NCBI GenBank assembly: GCA_963514005.1
Contig: OY740804.1
Location: 4,898,001 to 4,962,000, forward strand
DNA: 64,000 nucleotides
Direction of reading: 5' to 3'
From: Raja brachyura
Lineage: Eukaryota
Shown here: one piece after another, positions 46,981 to 60,009 of the stretch
Numbering within the stretch: the stretch's first letter is position 1
Layout of the letters: each line of letters starts with the position of its first letter
The notes under the pieces: generated by a model
The model's input: the letters and a program-made list of their open reading frames with translations, nothing else
Databases searched by the model: none
What the model was told of the DNA's origin: nothing
Program-made: the position numbers and the translations under genes

Positions 46981-47527
46981 ATCACCATAACCGACTTCAT
47001 CAAATCCGGCTCCATACCCCCCCGAGCCTCCAACCTCATCATTTCCCAGCCCCGCACGGCCCGATTTTACCTTCTCCCCAAAATCCACAAACCCAACTGC
47101 CCCGGCAGACTCATTGTCTCTGCCTGTTCGTGCCCCACCGAACACATTTCCACATACCTTGACTCCTATCCCCCTTTGTTAAATCCCTCCTCTCCTATGT
47201 TCAAGACACCTCAAACACTCTCCGTTGGCTCCACGCATTCCAATCCCCAGGCCCCCATCCTCTCATCTTCACCATGGACGTCCAGTCACTATACACCTCC
47301 ATCCCCCACCAGGATGGTCTCAAAGCCCTCCGGTACTTCCTCGACCAGAGGAGCAACCCATACCCATCCAATGACACCCTCCTCCGCCTAGCGGAGTTGG
47401 TCCTTTAAAAAAAATTTTTTTTCAAAAAGCAGTCTGAAGAAGGGTCTCGACCCGAAAAGTCGCCTATCTCCTTCGCTCCTTAGATGCTGCTGCACCCGCT
47501 GAGTTTCTCCAGCTTTTTGTGTAACCC
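46981..47527 (+). mobile_element. Penelope RT fragment plus pseudo-LTR inserted into a CR1
   Basis: [24 protein letters not shown] (Penelope RT). 12-bp TSD TAAGGTTATTAA at 46969-46980 and 47528-47539. Confidence 0.82.
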
Positions 47528-48211
47528 TAAGGTTATTAAGGGTTTGGACATCCTAGAGGCAGGAAACATGTTGCTGACATTGGGGGAATCCAGAACCAGG
47601 GGTCACAGTTTAAGAATAAGGGGTAAGCCATTTAGAACAGAGATGAGGAAACACTTTTTCACACAGAGAGTTGTGAGTCTGTGGAATTCTCTGCCTCAGA
47701 GGGCGGTGGAGGCCGGTTTTCTGGATACTTTCAAGAAAGAGCTAGATAGGGCTCTTAAAGATAGTGGAGTCAGAGGATATGGGGAGAAGGCAGGAACGGG
47801 GTACTGATTGGGGATGATCAGCCATGATAACATTAAATGGCGGTGCTGGCTTGAAGGGCCGAATGGCCTACCCCTGCACCTAATTGTCTATTGTCTATTG
47901 ACCCAAAATGTCAAGTATTCAATTTCTTCCGAGAAGCTGCCAATCCCGCTGAGTTACTCCAGCATTTTGTGTCTATCTTCGGTGTAAACCAGCATCCTTC
48001 CTGCACACCTTTGTAAGTTAAACTCGCTTAACAATCGGTAGACACAAGGAACTGCAGATGCTGGAATCTGCGTAGAACGTGCAGCAGTAACTCAGCGGGT
48101 CAGGCAGCACCTCTCCATAACAATTAGTAAGCTCATTATGGCACAGCAGTCCAAGTGTATATTATCAGTGAAGCATATTACCAGTCTTAAAATCTTCAGG
48201 AAATCTCTTAC

Positions 48212-48523
48212 CTGTGAAAACATCTAGCATGACAATATCTGAAACAAGGATTCCATTTGTCTGAATTTTTCCACACCAGTATGTTCCTGTATCATTCTTC
48301 TGAAGTTGACTTGTTACAAAAACAGACCCATTGAGGCTTCTCATTGATATCCTTCCACTACGGTCCTCGTCTTGCTCAGTGTTGACTATTACTTGACACT
48401 TCCCTCGAGAATTGACTTTGCACCAGCTGACATGTCCTGTTTTCTGAGCGTTTGGACATTCTATAGTCACTTTTTCTCCCTCGCCAGCTCTTATCACCAT
48501 CAAGTGAAGCTTTGCTAAGGAAC
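48212..48523 (-). CDS. Gene D IgV exon 1 (CD300/pIgR-like)
   Basis: Acceptor ccaacag|, donor G|gtaaga, 312 nt, phase 1-1. GEKVTIEC...WC-x7-C...DTGTYWCG. Confidence 0.88.
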
Positions 48524-48618
48524 CTGTTGGGTGAAATATAATGCTGGTAATTTTACAGAATCACTTCAAAATATTCCCATAACCCCCCCCCCCCCCCCCC
48601 CCGGACATAATCTCATGT

Positions 48619-51078
48619 TCATAAGTTATCCATTCTGTAAATGGGCTGGATGGTTTGGAGATTGTTAAATATGTGCAGGATAGTTTTTTGCAGCAATACA
48701 TAGAGGTATCGACCAGAGAAGGGGCAGTGCTGGACCTCCTGGTAGGAAATGAGGCAGGTCAGGTGATGGAGGTATGCGTTGGTGAGCACTTCGGGACCAG
48801 TGATCACAATACCATTAGTTTCAATATAATTATGTTTCTATATAAGTCAGAACTGGACCTAGGGTTGAGATTTTTGATTGGAGAAAGGCTAACTTTGAGG
48901 GAGTGCGTAATGATTTAAAATGAGTGAATTGGGACATTTTGTTTTATGGGAAGGATGTGGAAGAGAAATGGAGGATATTTAAAGGGGAAATTGTAAGAGT
49001 ACAGAATCTTTATGTCTCTGTTCGGTTGAAAGGAAATAGTAAAAATCGGAAAGAGCCATGGTTTTCAAGGGAAATTGGACACGGTTCAAAAAAAGAGAGA
49101 TATCTACAATAAATATAAGAGGCATGGAGTAAATGAGGTGCTAGATGAGTATAAAGAATGTAAAAAGAATTTTAAGAAATAAATAAGAAAAGCTAAAAGA
49201 AGATATGAGGTTGCTTTGGCAAGAAAGGTGAAAGTAAATCCAAAGGGTTTCTGCAGCTATATTAATAGCAAAAGGATAACGAGGGATAAAATTGGACCAT
49301 TAGAGAGCCAGAATGGACAGTTATCTGCAGAGCCAAAAAAGATGGGGGAGATATTGAACAATTTCTTTTCTTCGGTATTCACCAAGGAGAAGGATATTGA
49401 ACTCTGTGAGGTAAGGGAAAAAAGTAGAGTAGCCATGGAAACTATGAGATTCAAAGAGGAGGAAGTACTGACACTTTTGAAAAATATAAAAGTGGATAAG
49501 TCTCCAGGTCCTGACAGGATATTCCCTAGGACATTGAGGGAAGTTAGTGTAGGAATAGCAGGGGCTATGACAGGAATATTTCAAATGTCATTAGAAACGG
49601 GAATAGTGCCGGAGGATTGGCGTACTGCGCATGTTGTTCCACTGTTTAAAAAGGGTTCAAAGAATAAACCTAGCAATTATAGACCTGTTAGTTTGACGTC
49701 AGTGGTGGGAAAATTAATGGAAAGGATACTTAGAGATAATATATATAAGCATCTGGATAAACAGGGTCTGACCAAGAACAGTCAACATGGATTTGTGCCT
49801 GGAAGGTCATGTTTGACAAACCTTCTTGAATTTTTTGAAGAGGTTACTAGGGAAATTGATGAGGGTAAAGCAGTAGATGTTGTCTATATGGATTTCAGTA
49901 AGGCCTTTGACAAGGTTCCCCATGGAAGGTTGGTTAAGAAGGTTCAATCTTTGGGTGTTAATGGCGGATTAGCAAGATTGATTCAACAGTGGCTGAATGG
50001 GAGATGCCAGAGATTAATGGTGGAGGGCTGTTTGTCAGGTTGGAAGCCGGTGACCAGTGGGGTGCCTCAGGGATCTGTGTTGGGTCCACTGTTGTTTGTC
50101 ATGAACATCAATGATCTAGATGATGGGGTGGAAAATTGGATAAGTAATTATGCAGATGATACTAAGATAGGTGGTGCTGTGGATAATGAAGTAGATTTTC
50201 AAAGTCCACAGAGAGATTTGGGCCATTTGGAAGAGTGGGCTGAAAGATGGCAGATGGAGTTTAATACTTATGAGTGTGAGGTGCTACATCTTGGCAGGAC
50301 AAATCAAAATAGGACGTACATGGTAAATGGTATGGAATTGAGGAATGCTGTGGAACAAAGGGATCTAGGAATAACTGTGCATAGTTCCCTGAAGGTGGAA
50401 TCGCATGTAGATAGGGTGGTAAAGAAAGCTTTTGGTGTGCTGGCCTTTATAAATCAGAGCATTGAATATAGGAGTAGGGAAGTAATGTTAAAATTGTACA
50501 AGGCATTGGTGAGACTAATTCTGGAGTATGGTGTACAATTTTGGTCGCCTAATTATAGGAAGGATGTCAACAAAATAGAGAGAGTACCGAGGAGATTTAC
50601 TAGAATGTTGCCTGGGTTCCAGCAACTAAGTTACAGAGAAAGTTTGAACAAGTTAGGTCTTTATTCTTTGGAGCGCAGAAGGTTAAGGGGGGACTTGATT
50701 GAGGTCTTTAAAATGATGAAAGGGATAGACAGAGTTGATGTGGATAAGCTTTTCCCATTGAGGGTAGGGAAGATTCAAACAAGAGGGCATGACATGAGAA
50801 TTAAGGGACAGACGTTTAGGGGTAACATGAGGGGGAACTTCTTTACTCAGAGAGTGGTGGCTGTGTGGAATGATCTTCCAGCGGAAGTGGTGGAGGCAGG
50901 ATCGATTTTAACATCTAAAAGTAAAGTGGATAGGTATATGGACGGGAAGGGAATGGACGGGTATGGTCTGAGTGCAGGTAGATGGGACTAGGGGAAAATA
51001 AATGTTCGGCACGGACTGGAAGGGCCGAGAGGGCCTGTTTCCGTGCTGTAATTGTTATATGGTTATTATATGGTTATA
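48619..51078 (+). mobile_element. CR1 LINE, 5'-truncated, RT domain open, antisense in gene D intron 1
   Basis: ORF 49216..50991 (591 aa) with [32 protein letters not shown]. Upstream endonuclease end is broken. TTATATGG tail. Confidence 0.93.
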
Positions 51079-52579
51079 GGAGAACATTTAGTCCATTCAG
51101 TTCATTGTCTGCCCCACCATTCAATCATGGCTAATCTATCTCTCCCTCTCAACCCAATTCTCCTGCCTTCTCCCCATAACCCCTGACACCCGTACTACTC
51201 ACCAAGAATCAGAGAATCTCCGCCTTAAAAATACCCAATGACTTGGACTCCACAGTCATCTGTGGCAATGAATTCCACAGATTTACTACCCTCTGACCAA
51301 AGAAATTCATCCACCACTCCTTTGTACAGGTATGTCCTTTGTAACAGGTACAGGAACCGGTGCAGGTCAGTAGCGCAGCGGTAGAGATGCTGCCTTACAG
51401 CGCCAGAGACCCGGGTACGTGTGCAGTCTGTACGGAGTTTGTACGTTCTCCCCATGACCTGCATTGTTTTTCTCCGGGTGCTACGGTTTCCTCTCACGCT
51501 ACAAAGATGTGCAGGTTTGTCGGTTAATTGGCTTAGGTAAAAACCATTCCCAGTGTTTAAGATAGAATTAATGTGCAGGGATCGCTGGTCAGCGTGGACT
51601 CGGACGGTCGAAGGGCCTGTTTCCACGCTGTGTCTCCAAACTAAACTAAACGTCCTGTTATTCTGAGGCTGTGCACTCTGGTCCTAGACTCTCCCACCAG
51701 TGGAAACATCCTCTCCAAATCCACTCTATCTCCAGGCCTTTCACTATTCATTACGTTTCAATGCCCCCCTCATCCTAAAATGGGAGGTGGGAGGAAACTC
51801 GAGCATCCGGAAGAAACCTATACGTTGACGGGGAGAAACTCCACAAAGACAGCATCCGAGGAAATAATTGTACCGTAAAAATCTTCTGTGCTGCATCTTC
51901 ACTAAAAGCATAGAACAGTACAGCACAGGAACAGGCCATTTGGCCCATAATCGCCATACTGAACATGATGCTACGACCAACCCCTATCTGCCTGCTCATC
52001 ATCCATATCTTTCCATTCCCTGCATTTCCATCTGCCCCTGCAGACTGATTGTGGTGGGGTATTCTTCTCACCCCTCTCGCCCCACCACAATCAGTCTGAA
52101 GAAGGGTCCTGGCCCAAGTTATCACCTATCCATGTTCTCTAGAGATGCTGCCTGACCCGCTGAGTTACTCCAGCACTTGGTGTCTTTTTTCTCTTACATG
52201 CATGTGCCAGTCCGAAAGTCTCTTAAATCCTCTGCTAAATCCCATGCACTTGTCACAGTTCGTTTTAACTCTTGCTGAAATGTAAAGTTAATTGGTTCCT
52301 TTCTAGGCTCCTGGTCCTTTGGCTGAACAGCAGTGTATCATCACTTATTTAAATAACAAGAGCTAATCTTCCCGTTAACATGTAACTGCGCTATGGTTCC
52401 ATGACCATAAGTTAATGGGGCAGAATTAGGCTGTTCGGCCCATCATGTCTTCTCCGCCATTCAATCATGGCTGATCTATCTCTCCCTCCTAACCCCATTC
52501 TCCTGCCTTCTCCCCATAACTCCTGGCACCCGTACTAATCATGAATCTGTCCATCTTAGCTTTAAGTGGAAAAACTTAC

Positions 52580-52616
52580 TTGAAGTCACAGTGAGAAACA
52601 GCAGAATGTAAAACAT
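52580..52616 (-). CDS. Gene D leader (signal peptide) exon
   Basis: ACCACG-ATG, MFYILLFLTVTS, donor A|gtaagt, phase 1, matching the V1 exon. Confidence 0.82.
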
Positions 52617-52699
52617 CGTGGTTGCAGTGAGTGAGAGGTCCTTGTTTGCCGATGAAGCGGTCTCCAATTCGCGCTGTTCAGGACTTACTCTTGTTTGAT

Positions 52700-52921
52700 T
52701 TAACCACTTGTTCCGTGTGCAAACTTCCTCACGAATGAACAAATGCTTTGCAATGTGACATAGAGTAAGGAACATTGACCCATATCCTGTTTTGCAACCT
52801 GTTGCGTGCACATTGTCAACGGTTCCACTTTGGGGGATTAACTGTGGTTGGCAGAGGTTTGAGGAGAAGACAAGCTGAACTGAAGCAGGTTTCCAGTGAG
52901 GGTATCCACACTTATGTGGTC
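52700..52921 (-). promoter_or_regulatory. Candidate leukocyte-type proximal promoter of gene D
   Basis: GAGGAAGT (PU.1/ETS) on the - strand at 52723-52730, TTGCAAT (C/EBP-like) at 52748-52754, TGTGGTT/TGTGGTC (RUNX) at 52843-52849 and 52915-52921, all within about 310 bp of the ATG. Motif match only. Confidence 0.4.
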
Positions 52922-55213
52922 ATATCCCAATCCTGACCTCCTTAAAGATCAGTGTTGGGAGATGCACTTTTTAAAATTAATACTTTGTAATCCAATGTAG
53001 AATAAGGAACATTGACAAACATCCTGTTTCACAACTTGCTGAACTTACAGCGCCAGAGACCTGGGTTCAATTGTGACTATGGGTGCTGTCTGTACGGGGT
53101 TTGTACGTTCTCCCCATGACCGCGTGATTTTCTCCGGGTGTTCCGGTTTCCTCGCACCATCCAAAGACGTGTGGATTTGAAGGTTATCTGGCTTCGCTAA
53201 GTTGTAGATTGTCCCCAGTGTGTCGGATAGTCCTAGCGTACGGGGTTGTCTCCAGAGATGCTGTCTGACCCGCTGAGTTACTCCGGCTTTTTGTGTCTAC
53301 CTTCCGTTTAAACCGGCATCTGCAGTTCCTTCCTAAACAGTTGAAATTCTTCCTTCATGGCTGGGAAGAGCGCGGAGAAGATTTATCAGGATTTTGTCAG
53401 GACTCGAAGGTCTGAGCTACAAGGAGGATGTGTCTCGCCCTGGCCACTCCCTCTTCTCCCCTCTCTCATCAGGCAAGAGGTACAGAAGTTTGAAACGACA
53501 CCTGCAGATTCACGGAGTTTCTTCCTTCCTTCATGTTATCATGAAACGGAACCTTCTTATTACTAACTAGAGACTGATCCTGACCTACCATCCACCTCAT
53601 TGGAGACCCTTGCACCATCTTTAATTGGACTTTACTGGACTTTATCTTGCACGGAACCTACAGTATTTCCCTTTATCCTGTCTCTGTACACTGTGGATGG
53701 CTTGATTGTAATCACGTATAGTCCTTTTGCTGACTGGATAGCATGCAAGAAAATGGTTTTCCGTTGTGCCTTGGACCATGTGATAAACTAAATGATAAAC
53801 TAAACTAAATTTGGATAATCTAGGACTTTATTCCTTGGAGCACAGGAGGCTGAGGGGTGATCTTATAGAGGTTTATACAATCATGAGGAGGAATTGATAG
53901 GGTGAGTTCACAGAGCCTTTTACCCAGAGTAAAAGGGGAATCAAAATCCAGAGGACAAGTTTAAATTGAGGGGGGAGGGATTTAATAGGAACCTGAGGGG
54001 CAAGCATTTCACTCAGAATGTGGTGGGTGTATGGAACGAGCTGTCAAAGGAGATAGCTAAAGGCACTTACTATAACAACAGTTAAAAGGCAATTGGACAG
54101 GTACATGGATAAGAATGGTTTAGAGGGATATGGATCAAATGCTGCCAAATGGGACTACATAGGTGGGGCATTTTGGTCAGCATGGATGGGTGAAGGGTCT
54201 ATTTCCGTGCTATATAACTATGAGTCTATGATTCTAATTCATTACCATGATAACCTCTCTGATGCTGCGGAGACATGCTGCCTCGATGGTCAAATCCTAC
54301 GACTAGGAAGATGAGAGTCAATGTGATCTTGACCTCCATGGATGGAGTAGACCAGGTATGAAGGTCTTCTTGTATCTCAATGTAGACAGACTTGGAATAT
54401 CATAAGGTATCATAATATCTAGGGGCGCAGCGGTAGAGTTGCTGCCTTACAGCACCAGAGACCCGGGTTCGATCCTAACTACGGGTGCTTGTCTGTATGG
54501 AGTTTGTACGTCCTCCCCGTAACCTGCGTGGGTTTTCTTCAGGATCTCCAGTTTCCTCCCACACTCCAACGACGTGCAGGTTTGTAGACTAATGGACTTG
54601 GTATAATTGTAAATTGTCCCTGATGTGTAGGATGGTGTTAGTGTGCAGGGATCGCTGGTCACCGCAGACTTGGTGGGCCGAAGGGCTTGTTTCACTAGAC
54701 AATAGACAATAGGTGCAGGAGTAGGCCATTCGGCCCTTCGCGCTAGCACCGCCATTCAATGTGATCATGGCTGATCATCCCCAATCAGTGCCCCGTTCCT
54801 GCCTTCTCCCCATATCCCCTGACTCCGCAATCTTTAAGAGCCCTATCTAGCTCTCTCTTGAAAGTATCCAGACAACCACTGTTCCTCAAAAGTAAACTAA
54901 ACTTAGAAATGCCAGTGTCAGCTGAGTGGCCTTTCAGTAATAAGGTGAGTACTGTGCCTTGAATTTCAATGGGACAGTTCTGCTTTTGTTTGCAGTTTTG
55001 AGCAATTTTTTATTGGTATGAGTAAAAATGGTGGTTGTGCAATGAATGCAATCATTTACTGCATGTAAAGTGTCACGCATAGTGTGCTGGGAAAGTGTCA
55101 CGCATAGTGTGACCAGGAACGTGAACTCCAATTGCAAAACTTTACATTGCGAAATTGTAAGCATGATTGACTCAGGATAAGAGAGTCAAAGGTTACGGGG
55201 ACCACTCGAGAAT

Positions 55214-56437
55214 GTGGAAACAAGGAATTATAGACCAGTTACTCTTACATTGGTAGTGGGGAAGATGCTGGAATCGATTATTAAGAGTGTTATAGCAGCG
55301 CATTTGGAACGCAGTGACAGGATCGGTCAAAGTCACCATGGATTTATGAAGGGGAAATCATGCTTGACTAATCTATTGGATTTTTTTGAGGATGTAACAA
55401 GTAGAATGGATAAGGGAGAGCCAGTGGATGTGGAGTTTCTGGACTTTCAAAATGCCTTTGACAAGGTCCCACACAAGAGATTAGTGTGCAAAATTAGAGC
55501 ACATGGTATTGGGGGTAGGGCATTGAAATGGATAAAGAACTGATTGGCAGACAGGAAGCAAAGGGTAGGAATTAACGGGTCCTTTTCAGAATGGCAGGCA
55601 GTGACTAGTGGGATGCCACGAGGTTCGGTGCTGGGACCCCGTTATTTACAATATATTATCGATTTAGACGAGGGAATTAAATGTAACATTACTAAGTTTG
55701 CAATTGACACAAAATTTGCTGGGTGGCAGTGTGATATGCAAGGAAGATGCTAAGAGGCTGCAGGGTGACTTGGACTGGTTGGGTGAGTGGGCAGAAGCAT
55801 GGCAGATGCAGTATAATGTGGATAAATGTGAGGTTATGCACTTTGGTGGCAAGAACAGGAAAGCAGATTATTATCTGAATGGTGTCAGATTAGGAGAAGG
55901 GGAGGAGCAACAAGACCTGGGTGTGCTTGTACATCAGTCACTGAAAGTAAGCATGCTGGTACAACAGACAGTGAAGAAAGCCAATGGCATGGTGGCCTTT
56001 ATTGTGAGAGGATTTGAGTTTAGGAGCAAGGAGGTCCTACTGCAGTTGTACAAGGCCCTGGTGTAACCACACCTGGAGTATTACGTGCAATTTTGGTCTC
56101 CTAATTTGAGGAAGGACATTATTGCTATTGAGGCAGTGCAGCGTACATTCATCAGGTTAATTCCCAGGATGACGGGACTGACATATGATGATAGAATGTG
56201 TCGACTGGGCTTTTATTCATTGGAATTTAGAAGGATGAGAGGGTATCTTATAGAAAAGTATAAAATTCTTAGAGGATTGGGCAGGTTAGATGCAGGAAAA
56301 ATGTTCTCGATGTTGGGTGAGTCCAGAACTGAGGGACATAGTTTAAAAATAAGTGGTAGGCCATTTAGGACTGAGATGAAGGAAAACCTTTTCACCCGGA
56401 GAGTTGTGAATCTGTAGAAGGCAGTGGAGGCCAATTC
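55214..56437 (+). mobile_element. CR1 LINE RT fragment, degenerate
   Basis: Frameshifted ORFs 55214..56417 with NYRPV, HGF, AFDKVPH. Confidence 0.88.
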
Positions 56438-59400
56438 ATGAAACTTAGTTTAGAAATACAAAATGTAAACAGGCCCTTCGGCCCAACGAGTCTACACTGA
56501 CCGTTGATCACCCGTTCATATTAGTTCTCCCGGAGACACAGTTTTCACCCGGAGAGTTGTGAATCTGTGGAATTCTCTGCCATCGAAGGCAGCGAACGCC
56601 AATTCACTGGATGTATTCAAGACAGAGTTAGATTGAGCTCTTAGGGTTAAGGAATCAGGGGATATGGGGAAATAGCTGGAACGGGGTACTGATGTCACTG
56701 AACCTGAATTGGTGCATGTGACAATAAATGTGAACTTGAACTTGATTGCGGATGATCAGCCTTGATCATATTGAATGGTGTTGCTGGCTCAAAGGGCCGA
56801 ATGGCCTCATCCTGCACCTATTGTCTATGTTTCGATGTTTGGAGTGGCAGCTGTGGCTCGCCTGCAGTCCGTCTGTTATTTCTTTTGTTGTTGTTTTCTT
56901 GTCCTGTTTTAGCATGTTAATTTGAGTTATTATGTTGTGTATGTGTGTGGGAGGGGTGGGAGAAACGTTTTTAGTCTCTTCCTTCGGGGGGACGCGACTT
57001 TTCTTGTCGTATCCCCCGTCTCCGTCTCCGTCTGCGCTGAGGCCTAATGGCGGAGCTGACAGCCTCCAACTGCGACCGACCTCGAGGCTCCGGAGGCTGA
57101 GCCAGTCAGGACTTACCAGCTCGAGGCTGGCCGACTTCGGGGCTATGGCGGGTTCAGGCATTCCGGCGTTCCGGCGGCCCGACTCGGAGCTGTGGCGGCT
57201 TTCCGTTGCCGGCGGCAGTGACTTCGGAGGCCCGGCCGCGGGCCCAGTGGACGACATCATCGGGAACTCGCAGGTCACAGGTTGGTGACCTGTTTTTCCG
57301 GTCCTCCCGTGGCAACAGCTGCGTCCGCTGGACTGGAGGGCGGTAGCTTCGGCAGCTTCGACCGCCCCAGGCCGCGGAGTTGAACCGGCCCGTTCGCAGA
57401 GCACGGTTCAGCCACGGGACTTACTTACATCACCCGGTGGGGTCACAATATCGGAGGCCTGGGTCGCCTCAGCGCAGAGGAAGAACAAGAAGGGAATAGA
57501 CAAAGACTTAAGATTTTGCCTTCCATCACAGTGAGGAGGTGAACTGTGCCGGATGTTAAATTTGTGTTTATTGTGTGTTTTGTTATTTTATTACATGTAT
57601 GACTGCAAGGCAACGAAATTTCGTTCAGACCGAAAGGTCTGAATGACAATAAAGTTTCCACGATTCCATGATATACTGGTCAGTACAAGTATCCCTATAC
57701 CTAAGCACTTGGATACATCTTAGATAAGCATCTCAGATACAGTGCAAGTGTATATATAGCACTGGTACACAGAGACAGTGTGCAGAGTTAGCTCCCATAC
57801 ATGCCTGGTAAACCATGGAAAACCATGAAAACATGCAAACATGAAAAACGATGAAATGCAACAAAATGTGTCTGTTCTCCTTCTGTTAGACGAACAAGAG
57901 CAATGAGAATTGCCAGCGGAAATGAGTTTTGCTTAAATATTTAAAGTTGTTTGGATGGTGAGTAATCAATAATTGCATTCAATCAACCTTCCCCCCCCCC
58001 CCCCCCCCCCACTCCTCACTCGCACATTTTGTGCCCCCCACTCAGAGGCTTTTTCACGGGGCAGCACGGTGGCGCAGCGGTAGAGTTGCTGCTTGAAGGA
58101 CATTGCAATTGTAACAACTTCTCTTTCCACATGCGTTGTGAAGCTCGATTGTAGACCGATGGTCTCCTGATGCAGCTGACGTCTTCAGCTATTGATTTAC
58201 CCCATTTCCCATCTAATATGTAATGCTTTAGTTGAGTTTAGTTTAGAAATACAGTGTGGAAACGGGTCCTTGGGCCCGCTGAGTCCACATCGACCAGCGA
58301 TCGCCCACACACTAGTTCTATCCTACACACTAGGGGCAATTTACAGAAGCCAATTAACCTGCACGTCTTTGGAATGCAGGAGGGGGCCAGAGAAAACCCA
58401 CACGATCACAGGGAAAACGTACAAACTCCACACAGACAGCATCCGTGGACTGGATCGTACCTGGGTCTCCTGCGCCATGTGGACTGTGGGAGATCTATCG
58501 CTGTGGCACTCTTTGCTTTAGACTTTAGAGATAGAGGCCCTTCGGCCCACTGAGGATTTTAGATAGTATGGTATGGTACTTTATTTGTCATGTAACGAGG
58601 TACAGTGAAATTCATTTTTGTGTACATTTCAGTACAAGTATAAGATAGGCACATAGATATGCAGGGGGTGGAGGGATAGTGGACTATATGCAGGCAGATG
58701 AGATCAGTTTAACTTTGCCTCATGTTTGGCATGGACAATGTGGGCCGAAGGGCCTGTTCCTGTGCTGTTCTGTGTTCTACGTCCATTCGCAAAACCACCT
58801 TCGACAAAGTCGGTAAAATCTTGGGCTCACCAGGTATTCAGAAGACAAGTGTACTTTATTGTATGCTTACAACATCTCCCATGTCATCTGTAGATGTTTC
58901 ACTACAAAACATTTGTACATATTTACACAATCTCTCACTTGCGGTTCCTGTTCCTCATACACATATTTGCAAGCCACTGCGCGTCACGTAAACATTCACA
59001 AAATACTGGGAAATTAAAGCAATTGTCTGGAAAGCACGTGGAAACCTTCCCAGGAGCAGTACAAGAATAGATCCACAACCCTGCAACTGACTTCTCAAAC
59101 AACTGTTGATCTAGTCTGGGATCTTGGGTGAAGTTGAGGGAACTTCTAGTTTCGAGATACAGCACAGAAACAGGCCCTTCGGCCCACCGGGTCCGTGCCG
59201 ACCAGCGATCCCCGCACACTAATCTGCACATATTAGACGCAAGTTAGACCCCGCCAATTATCTTGCAAAGCTGTAAGTCTGTGGACTGTGGGAGGAAACC
59301 TGAGCACCTGGAGAAAACCCCCGCAGGTCACGGGGAGAACACATGTTACCCTTGGTACACATGATAATAAAAAACCATCGGAGATGTTCTACAAAAATGG

Positions 59401-60009
59401 ACAGAAATATATTGCAGATGGTTTAGTTTCGTTTTTTAGTTTAGAGATGCAACGCTGAAACAGGCACTTTGGCTCTCCGACTCCATGCTGACCAGCGATC
59501 CCCGCACATTAACACTATCTATTCCTACACACTCTAGTGATAAGTTACATTTATACCCAGCCAATTAACCTAAAAACCTGTACATCTTTGGAGTGTTGAA
59601 GGAAACTGAAGGTCTCTGAGAAACCCACGCCGGTCACGGGGCGAACGTACAAACTCCGTACAGACGGCACCCGTTCTGGATCGAACCAGTGTCTCTGGTG
59701 TTGCAAGCGCTGTAAGGCAGCAACTCTACTGCTGTGCTAACGTGCTGCCCTCATGGTGCTTAATCCAAGCATGTGTGAGGTACCTGGAACATGCTGCCAG
59801 GGATGGTGATGGCGGCAAATGAGATAGTAACATTCTTTAGAGGCTTTTAGATTGGCACGTGGATATCCTGGAAAATGGGGGGGGGGGGGGGGGGGGGGGA
59901 GTTATGGATCAGGTGCAGGCAGATGAATTTAGTTCATCTTGACATAATGCTCAGCCCAAACATTGTGGGCCGAAGGGCCTGCTCCTGTGCTGTACCTTTC
60001 CTTTAAAAA

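Noticed and set aside
56766-57404. 212-aa and 118-aa GC-rich ORFs
   Set aside because: No recognisable domain or splice context, and flanked by LINE-type tails. Probably an unclassified repeat.
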